The notes: a model not told the origin generated them from the sequence alone. A DNA stretch of 64,000 nt from Chiloscyllium plagiosum (GCF_004010195.1 NC_057719.1:59965410-60029409), one strand, 5' to 3'; counted from the stretch's first letter, positions 49,601-63,577 are shown. Program-made: numbers and translations.

Positions 49601-51115
49601 AATCAGAGGCACAGACAGACAATTCTGCAGCCAGTAGCAAAAAATCAGAACGGTGTGTTGCCTCCCTGGTGCCATGATCAAGGATATCTCGGAGAGTGTG
49701 CAGAATATTCTCAAAGGGGAGTGGGACCAGCAGGAGGTTGTTGTATACATTGGAACCAATAACATAGGAAGGGAAAAGGATGAGATTCTGAAAGGAGAAT
49801 ACAGAGAGTTAGGCAGGAATTTAAAAAGGATATCCTGGAGGGTAGTAATATCTGGATTATTCCCAGTGCCTTGAGCTAGCGAGGGTATGAATAGGAGGAT
49901 AGAGCAGATGAATGCTTGACTGAGGAGTTGGTGCAGGAGAGAAGGATTCACATTTTTGGATCATTGGAATCTCTTCTAAGGTAGGAGTGACCTGTATAAG
50001 AAGGACGGATTGCACCTAAATTGGAAGGGGACTAATATTATGGCAGGGAGATTAGCCCAGAGCTGCTCAGGAGGATTTAAACTAGTAAGGTGGGGGTGGA
50101 GTGGGGTGGGGGGGAGGTGTGTGTGTGTGTGTGTGTGGAGCAGGTCGAACAGTCAGAGCAGGAAAGGGATGATCACCTTATTGGGATTGTACAATAGGAA
50201 CCCCAGTAGTCAGCAGGAAATTGAACAGCACATTTTTAAGGAGGTCTCAGTTATCTGTAAGAATAATAGGGTAGTTATGGTCGGGGATTTTAACTTTCCA
50301 AACATAGACTGGGACTGCCATAGTGTTAAGGATTTAGATGGAGAGGAATTTGTTAAGTGTTTACAAGAACATTTTCTAATTTACCATGTGAATGTATCTA
50401 CTAGAGAAGGTGCAATTCAGAAATAAGGCAGGGCAGCTGACTGAGGTGTCAGTGGGAGAGCACTTTGGAGCTAGCGACCATAATTTTATTAGTTTTAAAA
50501 TAATGATGGAAAAGGATTGGCCAGATATAAAAGTTGAAGTTCTAAGTTGAAGGAAGGCCAATTTTGACGGAATTAAGCAAGAACTTTCAAAAGTTGATTG
50601 GCCGCAGATGTTCACAGGTAAAGGGACTGGAAAATGGGAAGCCTTTAAAAATGTTATAACAAGAGTTCAGAGAAATTTATTCCTGTTAGGGTGAAAGGCA
50701 AAGCTGGGAGGTGTAGGGACTGCCAGATGACTAGAGAAATTGAGGTTTTGGTTCAGAAAAAGAAGGAAGCATATGTCAGGTAAAGACTGCAGAGATTGAG
50801 TGAATTCTTAGAAGAGTAGAAAGGCAGTAGGAGTATACTTGAGAGGGAAATTAGGAGGGCAAATAGGGGTCATGAGATAGTTTTGGCAATAGGGTTAATG
50901 GAGAATCCAAGGGATTTTATAAATACTTTAATGACAAAAGGGTAACTAGAGAGAGAATAGGGCCCCTCAAAGATCAGCAAGGCAGCCTATGTGTGGAACC
51001 ACAGAAGATGGGGGCAATATTAAATGAGTTTTGCGTCAGTGTTTACAGTGGAGAAGGACATGGAAGGTATAGAATATTGGGAAATAGATGGTGACATCTT
51101 TAAAAATATCTAGAT

Positions 51116-53889
51116 TGAACTTATTGTCACGTGCACTGAAGTACAGTGAAAAACTTTGTCTTGCGAGCAATACAGGCAGATCTCAAAAGTAGCATAGATA
51201 AGTAACTAATAGGGAAACAGCGGCAAAACAAAAACACAGGTACAGGTGAATGTTAAGAGTTTGTAAGTCCATTCAGTGTTCTAACAACAGTAGGGTAGAA
51301 ACTGTTATGAAACTGGCTGGTGCGTATGTTCAGACTTCTGTACCTTCTCCCTGATGGTATAGGTTGTAGAAAAGCATTGTCAGGGTGGGATGGATCTTTG
51401 AGAGTGCTGGGGCCTTTCCTTGACAGCGGGCCTGATAGATGAATTCTATAGTCGAGAGGTTGGCCTTTGTGACTGTCCGGGCTGAGTTCACCACTCTCTA
51501 TAACCATCTCCAATCTTGAATGGTACAGTTGCCATACCAGTAGTGATACATCCAGACAGAATGCTCTCGATGCCACACCTATAAAGGTTGGCAAAGGTAT
51601 TCGCTGTCATGCCAAATTTCCTCAGCTGCCCGAGAAAGAAGAGACATTGTTGGGCCTTTGTAACCAGTGCATCCACATGAAGAGTCCAAGAAAGCTTGTT
51701 GTGGGTGACTACTCCCAGGAGCTTGATACTCTCCACTTGTTCCATCTCTGTGCTGTTAATGTGTAGGGGGGCATGAGCAACATCCCACCAAAAGTCAATA
51801 ATGAGTTCCTTGGTTTTGCCGGCATTGAGAGCTAGGTTGTTCTCAGTGCACCATTTTTCCAGGTGCTCCACCTCCCATCTGTAGTCTGTTTCATCGCCAT
51901 CTGAGATTCGACCGACTATGGTGGTGTCATCAGCAAACTTGTAAATGGCATTAGTCTGGTATTTGGCAATGCAGTCATAGGTATACAGTGAGTACAGTAG
52001 GGGGCTGAGTATGCACCCCTGGGGGGGCTCCAGTGTTGAGTGTTCATGAAGATGAAATATTGTTCCCAATCTTCACTGATTGTGCCCTGTGCGTCAGGAA
52101 ACTGAGGATCCAGGTGCAGAGAGTGGGGCTTAGTCCGAGATCACTAAATTTAGTAATCAGTCTCGAGGGGCTAATAGTGTTGAAAGCTGAACTGTAGTCA
52201 ATGAGTAGGATTCTAACGTAGCTGTTCGTGGTGTTAAGATGTTCTAGGGAGGAGTGAAGGGCAAGTGATATGGCATCTGACATGGATCTGTTGGTCCGAT
52301 AGGAAAGTTGGAGTGGGTCAAGAGTAGTGGGGAGGCTGGAGTTGATTAATGCCATGACCAGCCTTTCAAAGAATTTCATGACCACCAAAGTTAGGGTCAC
52401 GGGGCGGAAGTCATTGAGACATGCTGCATGAGCCTTCTTAGGCACAGGGATGAAGTTGGCCATCCAGAAACAGGCAGGGACAGTGGCCTGCTGCAGGGAG
52501 AGGTTGAAGATGTCCGAGAAGACCTCTGCCAGTTGATATGCGCGTGCCCTGAGTGCACGGCCTGGTACTCCGTCTGGTCCCATTGCTTTCCTTGGATTTA
52601 CATGAAGGAAAACTGATCTGACCTCTGATGCAGTGACTGTTGGGATAGGTTCATCAAGATTTGTCTGAATAGGTGTTATCACTCTGTCAAAATTCTGCTC
52701 AGAGTGAGCATAGAAGGCATTGAGACGATCTGGGAGGGATATGTCTTCATCTGTTATCTTGCACTGTCTCATTTTAGAACCTGTGATGCCATTCAGTCCT
52801 TGCCATAGTCACGGGGTGTCTGTCTGGGTCTCTAGTTTGGATCAGTATTGGTCCTTGGCTGTCTTAGTGGCTCTGTGAAGGTCATACTTGGATTCCTTAT
52901 ATTCAAGTGGGTCTCCTGATCTGAAGGCCTCACACCTGATTTTTAGCAGGTTCTGTATGTCCTGATTCATCCAGGATTTCCTGCTGGGGAATACCCAGAT
53001 TGACTTCCTCGGTATGCAGTCCTCCACACACTTGCTGATAAAGTCTGTGATGGTGGTGGCGTACTTTTCCAAGGTACATATGGACTGTTTGAACACAGCC
53101 CAATCAGCCAATTCCAGACAGCACCAGAGTTGATCCTTTGCTTCCTCCGGCCAGCACTGGACCTGTATCCGCAAGGGGGTCTCCTGCTTGAACTTTTGTT
53201 GGAATTCCCGAAATGAGGGCAGTGGATGGAATGGTAGGCATCTTTCACAGTGGTGTAGCACTGGTCTAAAATGTTTGGGTCCCGGGTGGGGCTGGTAATG
53301 TTCTGGTGGTACTTGGGCAACACCTTCCTTAGATTGGCTTGATTGAAGTCGCCAGTTACAATAAACAGGGCCTCAGGGTGTTCCATCTCTAGAGTGTTAG
53401 TGGTGAAGTACAGCACATCCAGAGCTTCCTCAACCTTTGCTTGTGGTGGTATGTACACAGCAGTTAGTATAGCAGCGGTAACTTCCCATGGTAGATCGAA
53501 GGGGCGACATTTGATGGTGAGGAATTCAAGTTTTGGGGAGCAATGGCTGCCCAGGGTTGCAATGTCTGTGCACCACAAGTTGTTGACTAAAAAGCAAACC
53601 CCTCCAACGTCTGTCTTACCCAAGGACGCTGTATGGTCCATACAATGGATAGAAAAACCATCAGCCTGAAGTGCACAGTCAGAAATGGATAGGTTTCTAT
53701 GAAGCAGAGTGTGCAGCAGTCCCGCAGTTCAAGCTGGAAGCTGAGCTGTGACCTGAGTTCATCCATCTTGTTCTCCAGAGACTGTACATTTGCTAGGAGT
53801 AAGCTAGGAAAGCAGGGTGGATCTTGAAAATGCATAGTCTCAGTTTTACTAGCAGGCCGGCACACTAACCCCGCTTCCTCGCAGGTTTC
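51116..53889 (-). mobile_element. Rex1/Babar-clade LINE nested antisense in CR1 ORF2
   Basis: Endonuclease LLANVQSLENKMDEL, AVYIPPQA and TGDFNQANL; RT KAMGPDGVPGR, IDYSSAFNTI, PQGCILSPLLYSLYT and YKFADDT. CR1 sequence resumes in register at 53890. Confidence 0.93.
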
Positions 53890-54950
53890 TTACGGAGGAG
53901 GAGGTCCTGGATGTCTTTAAACACATGAAGGTGGATAAATCCCTGCGACCCAATCAGATATACCCTAGAACTCTGTGGGAAGCTGGGGAAGTGATTGCTG
54001 GGCCCCTTGCTGAGATATGTGTATCATTGATAGTTACAAATTAGGTTCCGGAAGACTGGAGGTTGGCCAACTTTGCGCCACTATTTAAGAAAAGCCAGGG
54101 ATCTATAGACAGGTGAGCCTGACATTGGTGGTGGGCAAGTTGTTGGAGGGAATCCTGAGAGAGAGGATTTCCATGTATTTAGGGATGGTCAGCATGGCTT
54201 TTTGCTTGATTGAGTTTTTTGAAGAAGTAACGAAGAGGATTGATGAGGGCAGACCAGTGTACGTGATCTACATTGACTTCAGTAAAGCATTCAACAAGGT
54301 TTCTAATGGTGGACTGGTTAGCAAGGAATGCATGGAGAACGAGCCATTTGAATACAGAACTGGCTCAAACGTAGAAGATAGAGGGTGGTGGTGGAGAGTT
54401 GCTTTTCAGACTGGATCCCTGTGAGCAGTGGTGTGCCACAAGGATCGGTGCTGGGTCCACTGCTTTTCATCATTTATATAAATGATGTGGATGCGATCAT
54501 AGGAAGTATAGTTAGTAAATTGTAGATGACACCAAAATTGGAGGTGCAGTGGACAGTGAAGAAGGTTATCTTAGAGTATAACGGGATCTTGATCAGATGG
54601 CCAATATACTGAGGAGTGGTAGATGGGGGTTTAATTTAGATAAATGTGCAGTTGATGCATTTTGGAAAGGCAAATCAGGGCAGGATTTATACGCTTAATG
54701 GTAAGATCCTGGGGAGTGTTGCTGAACAAAGAGATCTTGGAATGTAGGTTCATAATTCCTTGCAAGTGGAGTTGCAGATAGATAGGATGGTTAAGAAGGC
54801 TTTTAGTATGCTTTTCTTTATTGGTCAGAATATTGAGTACAGGAGTTGGGAGGTCAAGTTGCGGCTGTACAGGACATCGATTAGGCCACTGTTGGAACAT
54901 TGCTTGCAATTCAGGTCTCCCACCTATAGGAAGGATGTTGTGAAACTTGA

Positions 54951-55156
54951 CAATAGACAATAGACAATAGACAGTAGGTGCAGGAGTAGGCCATTCAGCC
55001 CTTCGAGCCTGCCCCGCCATTCAATATGATCATGGCTGAGTTTCCTGCTGCCAGAGTCTCCAATCCTTTCATAATCTTATATGTCTCAATCAGATCCCCT
55101 CTCAGTCTTCTAAACTCAAGGGTATACAAGCCCAGTCACTTCAGTCTTTCAGTGTA
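54951..55156 (-). mobile_element. Short internally deleted CR1 3' end inserted antisense into the CR1
   Basis: (caataga)3 tail and CR1 3' end placed between gtgaaacttga and agggttcag of the host element. Confidence 0.85.
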
Positions 55157-57014
55157 AGGGTTCAGAAAAGATTTATAAGGATGTTGCCAGGTTTGGAGAG
55201 TTTGAGCTATAGGCAGAGACTGTATAGGCTGGGGCTGTTTTCCCTGGAACATCAAAGGCTGAGGGGTGAACTTATAGAGGTTTATAAAATCATGAGAGGT
55301 ATGGATAGGGTGAATAGACAAGGTCTTTTCCCTGGGGTGTGGGAGTCCAAAACTAGAGGGCATAGGTTTAGGGTGAGAGGGTAAATATTTGAAAAGGACC
55401 TTAGGGGCAACGTTTTCACTCAGAGTGTGGTGCGTGTGTGGAATGAGCTGCCAGAGGAAGTGGTGGAGGCTGGTACAATTACAACATTTAAAAGGCACAT
55501 GTATGGGCATTTGAATAGGAAGGATTTAGAGGGATATGGGCCAAGAGCTGCAAATGGGACTAGGTTAGGTTAGGGTATCTGGTCAGATTGGATGAGTTGG
55601 ACCAAAGGGTCTGTTTCCATGCTGTACATCCTTTGACAGTATTTACATAAATAAATTGCAACTGTCAAATTACTGGCCAGCAGAAAAGATTTTCTCCTAT
55701 TTAAATAATCAAAATTCCTCATACCTTGGAATATCTCTGTAGAATATTCTAGTAATCATCACTTTCCTGCTGGATCCTGTCTATCCTTTTATTCATGGCT
55801 TATTGTTGAATATTTTGTAATCTTTTTATTGCCTTGATAGCCTTCCTAAAGTAGACACACAAAATTGAATAAAATAATCATATGCAGCTATCTGAAGTGA
55901 TTTGTTAGAATTAAAGTACGCTTTCTTTTTACTGGATGCTTCTCTTTATAAAACCTGCAATATCATATGCTTTTCGCTTATCAGCTTTTATCAACTGTTG
56001 CCCAATTTATTGCATTGGGCATGATTAAAATTCCTCCCTTCTGTACCATAGACAATACTTGAGATTCCAGAATGCATGAAAATAATTGTGCTTCAGTGCA
56101 CATAAATGCAACATCATGATTCCCCCATCTGGTGCATACCTGATTTTTGTCTCGGATCACAATGGATCACAAGAACGATCAAGGCCTCAGAGCTATTTAT
56201 TTAGATCTTTAATGGTGCATCGCAGAACAGCATTTAAGAGGCATTAGCTTGGGTTCTATTCTGTCTCTTATAAAGTACTTACAGATGAGCGGTGCTAAGA
56301 TAATGATTCCTGCTGTCAAGCAGATGTGTGTGGAATGTGCATGAAAGGTGGAAATAGATTATGTAGCCGTCCCTGCCTATCAGTGTCTGTCATATTTCTC
56401 TTGCTGTGCTTCCTCCAGAACATTCTTATAATTTATTTTCTTTAAATAACACAGGTGCTTAGAAAAATGTTAACCTGGAATAAAGCTGGTAACGCATAAA
56501 TGTACTTTTAGCAGCAAGCAAGTTCAGATGAATGTGGTTTCGCTGTGTGCTGATATGCATTAACATGTACAAATGACCTTTGTGAGACATATAAAGATGA
56601 TATGCCTTAACTATAACTCAGCTTTCTAAGTTCACATTAAATTGTACGATAGTGCATGCACTTACCTAGTATGCACGTCCTATTTGCCTGAATGCAGATA
56701 GCATTTATTCCACAATGAACAAAAGAAACTGGGACCTTTGGAGAGAGCAATGAAAAGCTGTGCATATTACAAAGAAAAAATAATTTATCAGGTGGTTCAA
56801 AATAATCTAATGGAGATATTGAATAACTATGTTGAATGTAACAGGATGTGATTTGGAATCTGTTGTAGTGTTAGACAAAGGCGCTAACTGCACTCAATCT
56901 GTTCACAACTGAAAATTCCAGGATAACATTTTAACATGTTTCTATTGGATAGATAATAATCTCAAAAGCAAAGCAAGATCTTTTTTATTTAGATTGGTTT
57001 CTTCTTTTTTACAG

Positions 57015-58287
57015 ATTTGTAAAGGGTAGGTCTTGCCTTACAAGTCTTCTTGAATTCTTTGAGGAGGTGCCCAAGCATGTGGATGAGGGTAGAGCAGTGA
57101 ATGTAGTATACATGGATTTTAGGAAGGCATTTGATAAGGTTCCCCATGGTAGGCTTATGCGGAAAGTCAGGAGGCATGGGATAGAGGGAAATTTGGCCAG
57201 TTGGATAGAAAACTGGCTAACCGGTCGAAGTCAGAGAGTGGTGGTAGATGGTAAATATTCAGCCTGGACCCCAATTACAAGTGGAGTTCCGCAGGCATCA
57301 ATTCTGGGTCCTCTGCTGTTTGTAATTTTTAAAAAATGTTTTTTTAAAAAATTTTTATTAATGACTTAGATGAGGGAGCCGAAGGGTGGGTCAGTAAATT
57401 TGCAGACAATACGAAGATTGGTGGAGTTGTGGATAGTGAGGAGGGCTCTTGTCGGCTGCAAAGGACTTGGATATGATGCAGAGCTGTGCTGAGGAGTGGC
57501 AGATGGAGTTCAACCCTGCCAAGTGTGAGGTTGTCCATTTTGGAAAGACAAATAAGAATGCGGAATACAGGGTTAATGGTAGGGTTCTTAGTTAGGTGGA
57601 GGAACAGAGGGATCTTGGGGTCTATGTACATAGATCTTTGAAGGTTGCCACTCAGGTGGATAGAGTTTGTAAGAAGGCCTATGGAGTATTATCGTTCATT
57701 AGCAGAGGGATTGAATTCAAGAGTTGTGAAGTGATGTTGCAGCTGTACAGGAATTTGGTTAGGCCACAGTTTGAGTACTGTGTGCAGTTCTGGTCGCCTC
57801 ACTTTAGGAAGGATGTGGAAGCTTTGGAGAGGGTGCAGAGGAGATTTACCAGGATGTTGCCTGGAATGGAGAGGAAGTCGTCCGAGGATAGGTTGAGAGT
57901 TCTCGGCCTTTTCTCGTTGGAACGGCGAAGGATGAGGGGTGACTTGATAGAGCTTTATAAGATGATCAGAGGAATAGGTAGAGTAGACAGTCAGAAACTT
58001 TTTCCCCGGGTACAACAGAGTGTTACAAGGGGACATAAATTTAAGGTGAAGGGTGGAAGGTATAGGGGAGATGTCAGGGGTAGGTTCTTTACCTAGAGAG
58101 TGGTGGGGGCATGGAATGCGCTGCCTGTGGGAGTGGCAGAGTCAGAATCATTGGCAAACTTTAAGTGGCAATTGGATAGGTACATGGATGGGTGCTTAAG
58201 CTAGGACAAATGTTTGGCACAACATCGTGGGCAGAAGGGCCTGTTCTGTGTTGTATTGTTCTATGTTCTATGTTCTATCTATGTTCT
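57015..58287 (+). mobile_element. CR1 LINE 3' part, relatively well preserved
   Basis: YMDFRKAFDKVPHGRL and a 166-aa open C-terminal ORF; (ctatgtt)n tail. Confidence 0.95.
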
Positions 58288-61098
58288 TTTTTTGAGTGAG
58301 AAGCCAGCTTTTAATTTATATCATGAAGAGGGTTAGTTTCACTGTCTCTCTGAAGTTCATTTAAAATTAAAATGCTGTTCAGACCAAATAAATAATTCCT
58401 TATAAGTTTCTTCCTGTTACTTAGAGCCACTTTAGAATAATTTGCTTCCTTTCCCCTTCAACAGGTTCTGAAATGGCAGATAAGCCCAATGCACAATCTG
58501 CAGACTCTGCCAATATGGAACAGACACTATTTCAAAGATTGGGTGAATGGGTTGTTTGGAGGTTGCATAAATTTTTTACATCAAATTTGCTTCTGCCTGT
58601 TGTGGATGAGGTCTTTTGGTGCCTTATTAGTTGAACCTTCTCTATTTTGTTTAGTTACTTGTCAACAACTCAGAAGGAATGTTTGACCTCTTTGGGGACG
58701 CTTCGAGGTTCCACCATAGCAATATTTTTAACACCACACGACCTCTCCTTGATTCTTCTCCTTAACTCTATAAGCTAAATGCTTATAATGCACATATTTT
58801 ATATTCTGTGTTCAAAAATCTTTTAGTGAGTCAAAATATTTGGCTGCAGCGTATCATCTTAAAAAACAATATAACAATGACTATTTCTGGTGTTTTACCA
58901 CCAACTACATTTCCTGTACTGGCTTCATTATTTTGTCTCTTCAACCACTGACACCAGCTGACATGTTGGAGGGGTCTCAAGTGTCCATTCATTATTTCAC
59001 TGTGAGTGTTCCCACATTACTGCACTGCAGAGTTAAGCCACAAATGGTCACTAAGCATTGCATTACACATGAAGTCCTGTGAGCTGAGCATTACACTGAG
59101 CTGAGCACAAGGGAGCCTTCGAAAACACTGCATCATAAAAAAAACTTCTTCAGGTTCAGCTGTTAAAAAAATCATTATTTAATATGTATTTTTTAAAACG
59201 TTGCCAGTGGAATAGCTAAAATTATACATTATTTCCATTATTCAAACTGCTTAACTTTGATTTCAGAATTTATTTCATGTGTGCATATCAAAGAGCATGA
59301 TTTTCTTGTTATCTGCCTCTTTCGGAATATCTAAATACTTTATTACTGAACGTAGAGGGGATTTTTACTGCAAATGCCTGGAGGCAGAGAATGACCTTGA
59401 GAATAAACTTGGAAACAGCAACAAGAGAACCTTGACTGAGTATTATTGACTGTCCCTTACAGTAGTTTCTTGATAGAAGAACCAGGATGCACATTGTAAT
59501 GAATTGGTGTGTCATGTAATTAAAAATATCTGATGCCTTGCAGCTATGCTGGATCTAAGGTAAATGCCAAACATGCTGGAGTCAATAAAATACTTTAAAT
59601 ATGTAATTATTTGTCTTGTTTAGGCTTACATCCTTTCTGGTTTGAACGTTTGATTTTGTCGTGAATAAATTGTTCCGTCTTGACACGAGGACTATAACTT
59701 ATAGCTCTGATTCCATTCTGTCTCATGTTGTGTAGGCTGCCAGACATTCAAGGTCTTTGCTGGGATTGTCTAATAAGGGGTTCATCTTAGCAGAATACAG
59801 AGATTGGCAATTTAGAACAATGAAGTGCAAGGAATAACACACTTTTGCTCCTGATATAATTTTGTGCCAATAAGGTCACTTTTATTGAGCATGTCTCCCA
59901 TTCACTCGTTGAACGACTGTAATATATGCCTGAAAGCATGATTAAATTCTCAAAACCTCCAGCATTTGCTAAATTTATGACCCCCACATTAACTCCAATA
60001 TATTTTTGTTAAATCAGATCTAATATTTAAAAATGGATGAAAAGTAAACAACAGTACCAGTTGTTTTCCTGATGCTGTATCCACTATACTTTTAATAATG
60101 AATGGCCTAGACTATGAATAATGCAGCCTGGATTGTTCACAATAAAATGGCAAAATAAAAAAGGTAAAAGGACTTCAAGATTGTTTTCGTAAATTCCTGC
60201 CAGTTTTGTTTTTGTGTTGTGGTGAGAATGTAATGTCATTAAAGTTAGTATGAGGTGTGTTAGGTTAGGGTTTCATGAAAGAGTCAAGCTAAGAAGTAGA
60301 ACTGAACATCTAGATCACTATGCAACGGTAGTGTATTTGCTTTTTGCTAAAAAAAAACCTGTCACATCACTCTTGTTCTTTATATAACTAGTTTCTTCAG
60401 CATCGTCAGATCAGCAGACCCACAGAACAGGTTTCAAATAGACCATATGGCATTCCTGGATACTATATTATTTGAAAGGTTGCATCTTATCTGGCAAGCT
60501 TGACCTGGAATTTTATTACATATATTTCTGTAACATCAAGCTCAGATTTTCTTTTCAAGATTTAAGCTTGTAGCCTAAACTTTTGTCTAGATTTGCTATG
60601 TATATTGAGTATTCTGTAGTACAGTACAGTACCCACCTCTTACAGCAGGCACATAGGTACCAATTTGACTTTCCCTTAGATGAAAGAGAAATTCTGGGAC
60701 ACCAAGTGATAAATGATGTCAAAACCTTGAGGATGAGCGTGTGGGTGTGATGATTGCTCTTATTTGGGTGCTGTGGACCTGCATTTTACAGCAAAGAAGC
60801 TACACGGGGTCCAGCCTGATCAGTGTCTTAAATGTGTCTCAGCAGCCCTCACATTGTCTGTGCTAAATTCATACGCCTGTGATTTTTTTTGAACTGGTCA
60901 ATTAATAATCAAACAGCATGCTCAAACTGAAAGGGCTCTCAAAGCTGGAGACCAAACAGGAGGACACCCAATCTAGAAGCTGCAGGATGACATTGCAAGT
61001 AAGTGAAAGAGAGGGTGCCTCAAAATGGAAGTGGCCTCTTATCAGCCTTTTGAAATGTTAAGCAAAAAATGGGATCAGCAGCACAAAATGGTGTGCGC

Positions 61099-61144
61099 AT
61101 GAAATACATGTGATTCAATAGTGATTGAATCACATGTATTTCAT
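61099..61144. repeat. Perfect 21-bp inverted repeat with 4-nt loop
   Basis: atgaaatacatgtgattcaat-agtg-attgaatcacatgtatttcat. Confidence 0.95.
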
Positions 61145-61169
61145 TGGTAGAACCTATTGTCAGTTGACA

Positions 61170-61340
61170 ATGCTGTATTTAAAACTGAGATAGATAAGTT
61201 CTTGATGAGAAAGGGGATCCAGGGTCACAGGATGATGGGAGGAGAATGGCATTGAAAAGCATATTAACTATGATCAAATGGTGGAGCAGACTCAAAGAGC
61301 CAAATGGCCTAATTCTGTTCCTGTATTTTATAGTCTTATC
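61170..61340 (+). mobile_element. CR1 3' tail fragment
   Basis: tttaaaactgagatagataagttcttg...ggagcagactcaaagagccaaatggcctaattctgttcct. Confidence 0.7.
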
Positions 61341-63000
61341 ATCTACAGGCATCTATTTTAAAGAGGTTTATGTTGAAACAGGGAAGCTTTGCATCACTAC
61401 CAGGATGCTCCAGGACTGAACTGTGCCATAGTTATCTGAGTTTAATCCCAAGATATTGTCAGACCACTTGCCCACCAGGCAGTAAGGAGAAGGCTAAGTG
61501 CTCTTTCCTGAAGATGACATCCGAAGGCACTGCTGTCAGACCAAGGCCTGGACTGAGATAGGAGAGGAGACGAACAACCAGGGGTAATAAAGCAAACCTG
61601 GATCCAGTACAGGAAATAGGCTGATGATCTGCTCCTATATGCCAGCATTAGTGTTGTTGTATATATGCCTATCCTTGAGAGAATTCACCTTTGAAGAAAC
61701 CATGTACTCCATCTGTATAAATACAATGTTACAACTCTGCCCAGCAGTTAATCAGCTGTAGATCTGCAACCTGCACACACAGTAATCAGTTGGTTGCTAT
61801 ATCGTCTTTTCATGACTTGTAATGTGTTTTATTCTTTTAAGTAAATTAAGCAATTGTTTATTTCGCCATTACCATTAACATGATATGGTGAACAGTGGTG
61901 GAAAACATTGTACTGATGAGGCTTATCAAGCTTGAATAGCCAACAAGTAGTTTAAACTACATCCAGAGCTATGGTTTCTAGATTTGGATGTATCTATTGT
62001 AGAAAAGAAAACCATTAAGATTCGTTCAGCAATTGGAAATGAAGGCTGACACAGACTTACATAAAATGAACAGCTGAAGAACAATTGACACCGAAAAAAT
62101 ACAGGCCACATTGGAAGACCAATTCAGTCAGATTAAAGTGCTGTAATTATCGACTAAAATTCATACCATTTAGGCCAAAGCTTACAGAATCCATGGGCCA
62201 CATCGTGAGCAGATACAGAGGAAAGGGCTCAGAATGTGATTTTTCAGGTGAGGTGTTCAGCCTTCAGAAAACTGGTGGCTATTTACTTTTGGTGAAGTTT
62301 GACATAGAGACGCAGTACCAATATAGTACTCAAACATTTCTAAAAACATTTACTCAAAGACATAGAAAACCATGACAAAGCCAATAAATTTTGAACTTTT
62401 TAGATCATCAAATCCACATCCAGTATTAATAGTGCTGGAATGTAAGTATGTAAGTACAATCAATCCATCTGATCATTGCTGAGGTTCGACATTGTAGACA
62501 CCGCTAGACTAGCAATTGCAGGGTTTACCAGCACGCTGTGACCTTGCAGTAGTCACAATACGTCAAATCAATCAAACATCAAAGATAAAACAGAAACTGC
62601 AGTGTACTCTTCAGGAAACACTTGCAGAGCAGAACATGAAAGAAGAATGGAGCACATCACTTTCTTCTGCATTTGAGCTAAACTCTCCACTCTCTGCTGT
62701 AGAACGGAAAGCGAAACTTCAAGGGCAATGGGCTGGACAGCAAGCTCAGGGGAAATTCAGACTTGAGAATACAATCTCTGAGATGCTGAAATCTTTAGGG
62801 GATACCTATGTTCTGCTCACAAAGATGAATAAAGAGTTGAAAGATAAAGAAAGGAAAGAGGATGAACTACATGCCCTTCATCATTAATCCAGTGAAAAGA
62901 TGGCTGGTTTACAGCAAGATTTAAAGAAACTCAAAAAGCAACTTAAAACATATAAAAAAACCAAAGAACAGCTGGTTCTTGAAATCAGTGAAGTATACTC

Positions 63001-63577
63001 GTCACCATCCAAGGCCCCAGGCACACCTTCCAGGTGAAGCAGCAATTTACCTGCACTTTACTCAATGTAGTCTACCATATTCACTGCTCACAATGTGTTC
63101 TCCTCGACATTAGGGAGATGAAATGCAGACTGAGCGACTGCTTTGCAAAATGCTTACATTCTGTCCACAAAAATAACCCCAAGCTTTCTGTTATCTGCCA
63201 CTGCAACACACCACGATATTCCTTGGCCAACATCTCTGTCTCAGGCTTGGTACAGTGCCCCAGTGAAGCTGATTGCAAGCTGGAAGAACAATACCTAATT
63301 TTCCTCTTGAAGAATGTTCAGCCTTCAGGACTCAATATTGAGTTCAATAATTTTAGAGCCTGAGCACTTTTTCCAATATCCTTACCCAAGCCCTACACAC
63401 CAGGCCTTGTCATCATATAGGTTGTTAACACAAACAATCCATTTTTGGTGAAAATTGTGCCCATGGAATTCAAATTGTTTTTGAGAAAGGGTTACTGGAT
63501 CTGAAACATTAACTCTGCTTTCTGTCCCCAGGTGCTGTCAGACCTGCTGAGTTTCTCCAACAATTTCTGTTTTTATT
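63001..63577 (+). mobile_element. Penelope-like element 3' part (GIY-YIG + family B tail)
   Basis: QFTCTLLNVVYHIHCSQC...KLEEQYLIFLL...QPSGLNIEFNNF. Tail with hammerhead remnant agggttactggatctgaaacatt at 63481-63510. Confidence 0.88.

Larger units (their letters stand above)
48900..55640 (+). mobile_element. Near full-length decayed CR1 LINE (ORF1 esterase + ORF2), split by nested insertions
   Basis: ORF1 SGNH-type motifs RDSPIRG, CCLPGA, YIGTNNIG and DGLHLN. ORF2 motifs MVGDFNFPNIDW, SDHN, YIDFSKAF and [11 protein letters not shown]. 3' tail at ~55630. 5' boundary approximate. Confidence 0.92.

Noticed and set aside
51116..53889. Active Rex1 element or domesticated RT gene
   Set aside because: Coding sequence is split over several frames by frameshifts and stops.
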